64,000 nt of DNA from Longimicrobiales bacterium. GTDB lineage: Bacteria > Gemmatimonadota > Gemmatimonadetes > Longimicrobiales > Gaopeijiaceae. The stretch is from assembly GCA_965202985.1 (NCBI GenBank), contig CBDBCF010000002.1:864001-928000 (forward strand), given 5' to 3'. A program made the position numbers and the translations under genes. The notes below the pieces were generated by a model, which was not told the origin of the DNA, searched no databases, and saw nothing but the letters and a program-made list of their open reading frames with translations. Position 1 is the first letter of the stretch. Each line of letters begins with the position of its first letter. Positions 56,913-64,000 of the stretch are shown piece after piece.

Positions 56913-57659
56913 CTAGCTCCGGCCGCCCAACCGCCCGAACGTCTTCGCCAGCTCGCCGACGACCTCCGGAGCCACGCGGTGGCCTCCCGGATACGACACG
57001 CGCCGGGGACGGATCCCGGCGGCATCCAGCCGCTCGTCCTGCTCCCGAGCCAGCGCCGAGTCGGCCGTGGGGTCGTCCTCGCCGAACACCAGCGTGAGCC
57101 GGGAGCGCGCCAGCCGTTCGTCCACCGGCAGGTCTCGCGGCAGGTACGCGCCCCACAGCACCAGTTCGTCCACGGGCGTTCGCCCCAGCACGGCCCACCG
57201 CGCTACCGTGTGGACCCCTTGGGAGAAGCCCAGCGCGACCGTGGTGGTCGGGCACCCGGCCTGCCCGTGCTCCGGCGGCTCGCCTTGCTCCTGCGCCTGC
57301 TCGCCCTCCCGTCCCAGCACCGCGTCCGCCAAGCGGTCCAAGTACCCCACGTAGTCCGCTATCTCGGACGCCCGGTCGGCCCGAGTCATCCAGCTTGCGC
57401 CCACCCTGGCTTCGGCGCCGTGCCGGCCCGGGGTCGGGTCGATGTAGAAGCGGCTCAGCGCTTCGGGCGCCGCCACCACGACGCCCAGTTCCCGGAGCCC
57501 GACGAAGCGATGGACGAAGCGGCCCGCCAGCTGTCGGTAGCCGTGACACGCGAACCAGACTTGGGACGTGGCCGCCGAGACCTCTCCCACCTGGAAGAAG
57601 CGCGCCGTCTTGGCCACTTCCAAGCGGCGCTCGACGGGCGCGGGCGCGTCCGTGGTCAC
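56913..57659 (-). CDS. Alpha/beta hydrolase (phospholipase/carboxylesterase-like)
   Basis: CHGY, GASWMTR, GFSQG nucleophile motif, GEDD, GGH. Confidence 0.88.
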   Translation of the reverse strand: MTTDAPAPVERRLEVAKTARFFQVGEVSAATSQVWFACHGYRQLAGRFVHRFVGLRELGVVVAAPEALSRFYIDPTPGRHGAEARVGASWMTRADRASEIADYVGYLDRLADAVLGREGEQAQEQGEPPEHGQAGCPTTTVALGFSQGVHTVARWAVLGRTPVDELVLWGAYLPRDLPVDERLARSRLTLVFGEDDPTADSALAREQDERLDAAGIRPRRVSYPGGHRVAPEVVGELAKTFGRLGGRS

Positions 57660-59065
57660 GCCGTTCCCGCGCCGAAGCGCGTCATGGGGCGGTGGAAGCG
57701 TCGCCACAGGCGGCCCACGAGCAGGACGGCCACGATCCCCAGGGCCGCGGCCAACCCCCACCAGAGCCCGGCCGGGCCCATGCCGGCGCGGAAGCCCAGG
57801 AACAGACTCGTGGGCAGGCCCAGAAGCCAGAAGGCCAGCAGGTTGTAGATCAGCGGCCGAAGGGTGTCGGCCACGCCGCGCAGGGCGCCTGCGCAGACCA
57901 CCTGAAGGCCGTCGAACAGCTGGAACACGCCGGCGACGGGGATCAGGGCGGCGGCCACGGCCGCCACCGGGGCCGCCTCCGTGAAGAGGTCCGCCAGCAC
58001 GCCGGGCAGGGACAGGAAGAGCGCCGCCGTGAACGACATCGCGACGCAGCAGACCGCCACCGCGGCCCCTGCGAACCGCCGGGCCCGGGGCGGGTCGTCC
58101 TCGCCGACCGACTTCCCCACCAGGACCGCCGCCGCCTGCGCGACCCCCACGGCGAGCATGAACGTCATCGCCGCCAAGTTGAGGGCGATCTGGTGGCCGG
58201 CCATGGCCTCCGTGCCCAACCAGCCCATGGCGAGCCCGATCGCCCCGAAGGCGCCGAACTCCAGGAACATGTGAAGTCCGATCGGCGCCCCGAGACGGAC
58301 CATGGCGGCCAGCCGACGCCGATCCGCAAGCGCCTCCGACCGAAGCCGGCGCAGGTACGGCCGCAAGGTCGCTCGCCCGAGCCAAAACAGGAACCCGAAC
58401 ATGAACCAGCGAGAGGCCGCGGTGGCCCAACCGGAGCCCACGGCCCCCATCGCCGGCACGCCCAAGTTGCCGAAGATCAGAACCCAGTTGGCCGCCGCGT
58501 TCAGCAGGTTGCCCGCCACCACTGCCAGCACCACCGGCGCCACCGTGCCCAGGGCCTGCAGCGTCTGTCGAAAGACCACGAAGCCGTAGAACGGGATCAT
58601 GCCGGCCGCCAGCGCGTAGGAATACCGGGCCGCGATCGGCACCACCTCGGACGGCTGGTTCAGCGTCCGCAACACGGGCCCGGCCAACGCCAGCAGCAGC
58701 GACGACGCCAAGGCAAGCCCCAGCCCCAGGACCAGCCCCCGCTGGATCGCGAGCTCGATCCCTCGTCGGTCTTCGGCGCCGAACGCCTGCGACACGATCG
58801 GGTCCAGGGCCATGAGCATCCCCATGCCGAATACGGAGATGCCGAAGAAGTACAGGTTGCCCAGAGCCACGGCCGCCAAGTCCGGCGCAGAGACCCGCCC
58901 GACCATCGCCGTGTCCACGATCCCCTGGAAGACCAAACCCACCTGAACCGCCGCCACGGGCAGCGCCAGCGAGGCCAAGCGCCCGAACTCCGCCTTGCCG
59001 GGCAGGAAGGCGGCCAGCCCCTGCGGCGTCGGGGCCGCGGCCGGCGTCGTGGAACGGACGTTCAG
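57656..59065 (-). CDS. MATE family efflux transporter (start approximate)
   Basis: LALPV, VDTAMVGR, LAAVALG, LIFGNLGVPAMG, AGHQIA, QLFDGLQ...GALRG. Confidence 0.93.
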   Translation of the reverse strand: MNVRSTTPAAAPTPQGLAAFLPGKAEFGRLASLALPVAAVQVGLVFQGIVDTAMVGRVSAPDLAAVALGNLYFFGISVFGMGMLMALDPIVSQAFGAEDRRGIELAIQRGLVLGLGLALASSLLLALAGPVLRTLNQPSEVVPIAARYSYALAAGMIPFYGFVVFRQTLQALGTVAPVVLAVVAGNLLNAAANWVLIFGNLGVPAMGAVGSGWATAASRWFMFGFLFWLGRATLRPYLRRLRSEALADRRRLAAMVRLGAPIGLHMFLEFGAFGAIGLAMGWLGTEAMAGHQIALNLAAMTFMLAVGVAQAAAVLVGKSVGEDDPPRARRFAGAAVAVCCVAMSFTAALFLSLPGVLADLFTEAAPVAAVAAALIPVAGVFQLFDGLQVVCAGALRGVADTLRPLIYNLLAFWLLGLPTSLFLGFRAGMGPAGLWWGLAAALGIVAVLLVGRLWRRFHRPMTRFGAGTA

Positions 59066-61275
59066 GCGCCCGGCATCGTCCTGGGCACCGTCACCGTGAA
59101 CTCGGTGAACTCGCCCTCCTTGGTGTCTACTTTGAGGCTGCCGCCGTGCTCCTGGACGATCTCGTGCGAGATCGAGAGCCCTAGTCCGGTACCCTGGGTG
59201 CCCGACTTCGTGGTGAAGAACGGGTCGAAGATCTTCTCCACGACCTTGTCGGGGATGCCCGTGCCGTTGTCGCGAACCTTGACCACGACCGTGTCTTCGG
59301 CGCCCTCGGTCGTCAGGGTCACGGTCGGCGAGTAGCCCTCGTCCTGCGTCCGCCTGCGGCGAATCTCGGTGGCTTGGCAGGCGTTGGTGATGACGTTGAG
59401 GAAGACGCGGCTGAGGTCCCGCGCGATCGCCGTCACCTCGCCCGCCTCGGCGTCGAAGGCCCGCTCGATCGTCACGTTGAACATCGGGTCGGACGCGCGG
59501 AGTCCGTGGTAGGCCAACTTGGCGTACTCGTCCAGCACCTGGTTCACGTCCACTGCCTCCGGCTTCCCGGCCTCGTCGCGCGAGTGGGCCAGCATCCCGT
59601 CCACGATCCGGTTCGCGCGCCCGCCGTGCTCCCGCACCTTGCTGACGTTGAGCACCAAGTCGCCCAGGATCTCCTCCACGTACTTCCTGTCCAGCTCGCC
59701 GTTTCCGTCTTCGTCTTCCTCGGCCAGCTCCTCCTTCAGCTCCTCGAGCAGCTCGGTGGACAGCGCCGCAAAGTTGTTGACGAAGTTGAGCGGGTTGCGG
59801 ATCTCGTGGGCGATCCCCGCGGTCAGCGCGCCCAGGGAAGCCAGCTTCTCCTGCTGGGCCACCTGCTGCTGCGTGCGCCGGAGGTCGTCCAGCGTCTTCT
59901 CCAAGGCCTCGTTCTTGGCCTGCACCTCGCCGGCGAGCTTCTCGACCAAGTTCAGCCGCTGCACCTCCAGCGCGTGCTTGCGGAAGACCTCCAGGTCCGC
60001 CGCCATGTCGGTCACCTCGTCGTCGCCGGCGATCTCGACCCGCACCTTCAGGTCGCCCTGGGACATGCTGCGCATGGCGTCGGACAGATGGCGAATCCGC
60101 ACCAGCAACCGCTCGCCGAAGAACTTCCAGCCGACCAGGATCGCCGCGGCCACGGCCAGCACGTTGACCATCAAGATGACCCACCAGCCCAAGCGCACCA
60201 ACCCGCTCGACGCGGTGGCGGCGTTGCGCGTGGCGTTCTCGCCCGCCTGCACGAGTTCGTCGACTTGGGCGACCAGCTCGGCGCTGGTCCGGCGGTTCTC
60301 CTCCAGAAGCGCCTGGGAAGTCGCCACCTCTTCCAGCCACAGCCTGCGGGTGGACAGGACGCCGTCGGCCGTGCCGTCGTAGAGGGCGCGCAGCGTCTCC
60401 ACCTGCGGCCGAAGCCGTTCGGCCAAGCCCGGCCTGACTTCGTTCAGCCCGGCTTCCATTTGCCCGAAGGCGGTGTTGAAGCGCTCCTGGTTAGCGCCCA
60501 GCTGCGGGGGATCGTCCTCGGACAGGGCCTGGAACATGACCGTCACCACGGCGCGCTGGGCGGCCTTCAGGTCCATGAGGGTCCGATGCCGGTCCAGCTC
60601 GGCCTGGGCCGTGCGATCGATGCGCGGCGCGACTTGGCCGGTCAGCTCGCGCAACCCCGTGTCGATGAAGAACTCCTGGTCGTCGAGTTCGCCTTCGAGC
60701 GAGTTGGCGATGCTCAGGTCCACGGATTCGATCTCGTCGTCCAGCAGCGCCAAGCGAGCTTCGAAGCCCAGCCGCTGGTCCACGGACCTTCTGATCTCTT
60801 CGGTTCGTTCCACGAGCAGGCGAAGCTGCGGCACGGCGGCGCTCGTCATGCCCCCTTGGCGGGTGACGTTGGCGACCTGCTCTCCCAGCCTCTCTTCGAC
60901 CGCCTGCACCTCCTGCCAGACGGTCGCCAAGTCCTCGGTCGTGCCGGCGGTCACCAGCTCGGGCGAAGCCTGCACCAGCTCCGCCGTGCTGCGGGCCACC
61001 GCGAACGCCGCTACCAGAGCCGGCATGTGCTCGTCGGTGATCTCCTCCTGCCGGTTGCCCAGGATCGTCATCAAGCCCAGAGCCAGCACGCTGCCGCACA
61101 GGGTCAGGAAGACGCCCCCGCCCAGCCCGACGACGATCTGGCTACCGATGCCGAATCGCTCGCCCGTCACCTCGCGAATCCGGCGTCCCAGGCCGGCGGG
61201 AAGCCGAGCGAGCGCCCATTCGAACCCGGAGTGGATCCACTGGTCCAGGCTCTTCGGCGGGCCTGCCGGCTTCAT
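59062..61275 (-). CDS. Sensor histidine kinase with large periplasmic helical domain and HAMP
   Basis: Two TM segments; GDDEV HAMP; AGIAHEIRNPL H-box; NACQA, DNGTG, FDPFFTTK, GTGLGL. Confidence 0.95.
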   Translation of the reverse strand: MKPAGPPKSLDQWIHSGFEWALARLPAGLGRRIREVTGERFGIGSQIVVGLGGGVFLTLCGSVLALGLMTILGNRQEEITDEHMPALVAAFAVARSTAELVQASPELVTAGTTEDLATVWQEVQAVEERLGEQVANVTRQGGMTSAAVPQLRLLVERTEEIRRSVDQRLGFEARLALLDDEIESVDLSIANSLEGELDDQEFFIDTGLRELTGQVAPRIDRTAQAELDRHRTLMDLKAAQRAVVTVMFQALSEDDPPQLGANQERFNTAFGQMEAGLNEVRPGLAERLRPQVETLRALYDGTADGVLSTRRLWLEEVATSQALLEENRRTSAELVAQVDELVQAGENATRNAATASSGLVRLGWWVILMVNVLAVAAAILVGWKFFGERLLVRIRHLSDAMRSMSQGDLKVRVEIAGDDEVTDMAADLEVFRKHALEVQRLNLVEKLAGEVQAKNEALEKTLDDLRRTQQQVAQQEKLASLGALTAGIAHEIRNPLNFVNNFAALSTELLEELKEELAEEDEDGNGELDRKYVEEILGDLVLNVSKVREHGGRANRIVDGMLAHSRDEAGKPEAVDVNQVLDEYAKLAYHGLRASDPMFNVTIERAFDAEAGEVTAIARDLSRVFLNVITNACQATEIRRRRTQDEGYSPTVTLTTEGAEDTVVVKVRDNGTGIPDKVVEKIFDPFFTTKSGTQGTGLGLSISHEIVQEHGGSLKVDTKEGEFTEFTVTVPRTMPGA

Positions 61276-62573
61276 CGGGACAGACGCTCCACGGGCTGGA
61301 AGCGCCCGCCGCGGATGACCGTCAAGAAGACCTCGTCGGACCCTTGATTGTCGCCCTCGCCGTACTCCACGACGAAGCCGCCCAAGTCGACGGGGCCGGC
61401 TTCGCGAAGCTCGGTCAGGAAGAGTTCCCGCGTGGGCGAAGGTCCGATCATGCGCAACGCCTCCACGGCCAAGCGTCCCGCCAAGTAGCCCTCCAGCGAG
61501 ACGAACCCCGGGACCGCGGCCGGCGACACGGCCCGAAGCGCGGCGTGGTAGCTCTCTACCACCGGAATCGACGTGTCCGACGGGAACGGCACGACCTGGG
61601 TGACCACGGTGCCGTTGCCCGCGGCGCCCAGCTCGTTCAGGAGGGCGTTGCTGCCCACGAAGGAGATGTTGACGATCACGGCGTTCATCCCCAGGCGTCG
61701 GGCCCATCGAATGAAGGCCGCCGCCGGACGGTAGGCGCCGATGATGATCACCGCCTGGGGGCTGCCCTTGCGGATCGCCAGCAGCGCCCTCTTGACCGCG
61801 GTCGTGTTGCGCATGTAGGTGCCCTCGCTCACGAGCGTCATGCTCCGCTTGACCAGCGCCCGTTGCACGCCTCGCAGGCCGGCCCGGCCGTAGCTGTCGT
61901 CCTGGTAGAGGATGGCGATCCGCCGGTGGCCCAAGTCGTCGGTCAGGCGCGCCACCATCTCCTCCGTCTCCTGATAGTACGAGGCGCGCACGTTGACCAC
62001 CGAAACGCGGTCGTCGTTGCGAAGGAACTCGGCGCCGGTGAAGGGACCGATGTACGGCACCGAATTGTCGCTGGCGACGGGCTCGGCCGCCGTGGACGTG
62101 GGCGTTCCCACCGCGCCGATGAGGGCGAAGACGCCGTCCGCGATCAGTTCGGCCGTGTTCCTGGCGGCGGCTTCGGGCTCGTACCCGTCGTCCCGGGCCC
62201 GGAGGCGCAGAAGCCGTCCGTGCACGCCGCCGTCGCGGTTGGCCTCTTCGAAGGCGGCTCGGATGCCCAGGTTCATGTTGGTCCCCAGCGCCATGGCATC
62301 GCCCGTCAGCGCCGCGGACTGGCCAAAGACGATCGAGTCCGCGTACACGCCCCGGGACGGATCCTCGGCGGCAACCGACTGAGCGGCGGTCTCCTGAGCG
62401 GTGACCGCTGCCGCGCCCGGGGCCGGAAGGACCGCGACCACCAAAACGGTCGCGAGAGCCGGGGCGGCCGCCCGCTTCGCAGTCCGCGCCCAGTCCGTCG
62501 CGCGCCCGCGCCGAACCGAAGCCGCCACGCGGCCCGCCGAAGCCCTCGGCCTCCTGCTCCTCGCCACGCTCAC
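61272..62573 (-). CDS. Periplasmic ligand-binding protein (Leu/Ile/Val-binding type)
   Basis: GQSAALTG, GGVHGR, DDGYEP, GAVGTPT, RASY, YQDDSYG, EGYLA. Confidence 0.9.
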   Translation of the reverse strand: MSVARSRRPRASAGRVAASVRRGRATDWARTAKRAAAPALATVLVVAVLPAPGAAAVTAQETAAQSVAAEDPSRGVYADSIVFGQSAALTGDAMALGTNMNLGIRAAFEEANRDGGVHGRLLRLRARDDGYEPEAAARNTAELIADGVFALIGAVGTPTSTAAEPVASDNSVPYIGPFTGAEFLRNDDRVSVVNVRASYYQETEEMVARLTDDLGHRRIAILYQDDSYGRAGLRGVQRALVKRSMTLVSEGTYMRNTTAVKRALLAIRKGSPQAVIIIGAYRPAAAFIRWARRLGMNAVIVNISFVGSNALLNELGAAGNGTVVTQVVPFPSDTSIPVVESYHAALRAVSPAAVPGFVSLEGYLAGRLAVEALRMIGPSPTRELFLTELREAGPVDLGGFVVEYGEGDNQGSDEVFLTVIRGGRFQPVERLSR

Positions 62574-63730
62574 GTCGCGCCGACGTACTTGAGCGCCAAG
62601 CACGTGATGTCGTCGGACTGCGACGCGCCCCCCGCGTGCTCCTTCACCGCCTTGACCACGTGGCGCCGCACGTCCTCCGCGCTGGCCCCCGCGCACTCTC
62701 CCAGCGCCTTGGCCAGCGCGTCGTCGCCGAACTCGTCCCCGTCCTCGTTCATGGCCTCGGTCACGCCGTCGGTGTAGAGGAAGAAGGTGTCGCCCGGTTC
62801 CAGCTCCAGGCTGCCGCCGGGGAAATCGAAGCCGGGCAAGACGCCCAGCACCAGGCCGGAATCGCTCTCGACCTTCCGCACCTCGCCGGACGCCTTGACC
62901 ACAAAGGGCAGGTTGTGGCCCCCGTTGGCGTACTCCAACAGTCCCGACGCCGGATCGAAGCTGGTGTAGAAGACGGTGACGAACATCGACTCCTCGTTCG
63001 ACTCCGCCAGAAGGTCGTTCACCTCCGCCATGCACTTGGCGGGATCGGAGTTGCCGATGGCGGTGCCCTTCATCAGCGTCCGGCTGACCATCATGAACAG
63101 CGCGGCCGGCACGCCCTTGCCCGACACGTCGGCCACGACCATGGCCAGCCGGTCGTTCTCCAGCTTGAAGAAGTCGTAGAAGTCGCCCCCCACCTCGCGG
63201 GCGGGGGTCATCCACGCGTGCAGGTCGTAGCGGGGGTCGTCGGGAAAATCGGTGGGCAGGATCGACTCCTGCATCTTGGCGGCCACGCCCAGCTCCTGCC
63301 GCAGGGCCACGAGTTCGTCGCGGGACCGAAGGGCCTCGCGCATGACCTGGAGGTGTTGGAGGGTCTTGGAGATCGTCGTCTCCAAGTCGTCGAAGTCGAT
63401 CGGCTTGGTCACGAAGTCGAACGCGCCGCGGTTCATGGCGGTGCGGATGTTCTTCATGTCGCCGTACGCCGTGACGATCACGGCCCGAAGGTCCATGTGA
63501 AGGTCGTTGAGCTGCTGGAGCAGCGTCAGGCCGTCCATCTCGGGCATGTTGATGTCCGACAGGACCATGTCGATGTTGTCGTGGGTCTTGAGCTTCTCCA
63601 GCGCTTGGACGCCGTTTTGGGCGAAAATCAGCTTCATCTCGCCCTTCCTGATCTTCCGCCGGAACTTCTGCGTGAGAAGGATTTCCAGATCGGGCTCGTC
63701 GTCGACGACCAGGATCGTTGGCATCTTCAT
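62570..63730 (-). CDS. Response regulator with PP2C/SpoIIE (RsbU-like) phosphatase domain
   Basis: ILVVDDE, SDINMP, TKP; GGDFYD, ADVSGKG, NGGH, YTDGVTE, DDIT. Confidence 0.95.
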   Translation of the reverse strand: MKMPTILVVDDEPDLEILLTQKFRRKIRKGEMKLIFAQNGVQALEKLKTHDNIDMVLSDINMPEMDGLTLLQQLNDLHMDLRAVIVTAYGDMKNIRTAMNRGAFDFVTKPIDFDDLETTISKTLQHLQVMREALRSRDELVALRQELGVAAKMQESILPTDFPDDPRYDLHAWMTPAREVGGDFYDFFKLENDRLAMVVADVSGKGVPAALFMMVSRTLMKGTAIGNSDPAKCMAEVNDLLAESNEESMFVTVFYTSFDPASGLLEYANGGHNLPFVVKASGEVRKVESDSGLVLGVLPGFDFPGGSLELEPGDTFFLYTDGVTEAMNEDGDEFGDDALAKALGECAGASAEDVRRHVVKAVKEHAGGASQSDDITCLALKYVGAT

Positions 63731-64000
63731 AAGTGGTCCGGTAGGGTTGCCGATCTCGGTCGAAGCCGGTCGGCGTCTGGGGTTGGAGGCGAGGCTGGGA
63801 TGCGGGAGGCTTCCTGGACCGGCGGGCGTTGCCGGCCACAGTTCAATGTAACGTTCCGCGCCCATTTTCGCCGTTTCCGCCCGTCGCGCGCGCCCGCTCG
63901 AAGCGAAGCGGTGGACATCGCCCCCCAAAGCGTGTACTATCCCGGACTTGGCCGGCGGCGCGACGGCGGCGCGGCTCTCGCGGGCGCCCCGGCGTCCAAG

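Overview
High-GC bacterial chromosome segment. Gene content and order suggest Gemmatimonadota, possibly a marine host-associated lineage (inference only). Most of the window is a minus-strand housekeeping backbone: moaE-moaD-HU-carA, rnhA, lipB plus a 2-oxoacid dehydrogenase E2/E1, secG, tpiA-pgk-gap, comF, a phosphatase-AroE fusion, tsaC, ispD, dnaB, udg, coaBC, rpoZ, gmk, yicC, pepA, icd, an Atu/Liu-like acyl-CoA cluster, murB, a MATE pump and a two-component/PP2C cluster. Four accessory insertions interrupt it. (1) A ~3,500-aa repeat-rich cadherin/autotransporter adhesin with a G22 tract in its leader, plus an intact IS630, lies between tpiA and secG. (2) An ECF sigma / TonB-C-domain pair lies between gap and pgk. 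(3) A small plus-strand cassette between gmk and rpoZ encodes a thioredoxin-fold remnant, a secreted Cys-rich mini-protein and a 6-bladed beta-propeller. (4) An ~11-kb island next to icd encodes a Fic-wHTH protein lacking its catalytic His, an ECF sigma, a CxxS thioredoxin-fold protein, two more secreted Cys-rich peptides, two more propellers, an AraC-like regulator and an ABC-ATPase/TOPRIM-like pair. The most interesting candidate system is the recurring 'thioredoxin-fold + exported Cys-rich peptide + beta-propeller' module. No rRNA, tRNA, CRISPR array or reverse transcriptase was seen.
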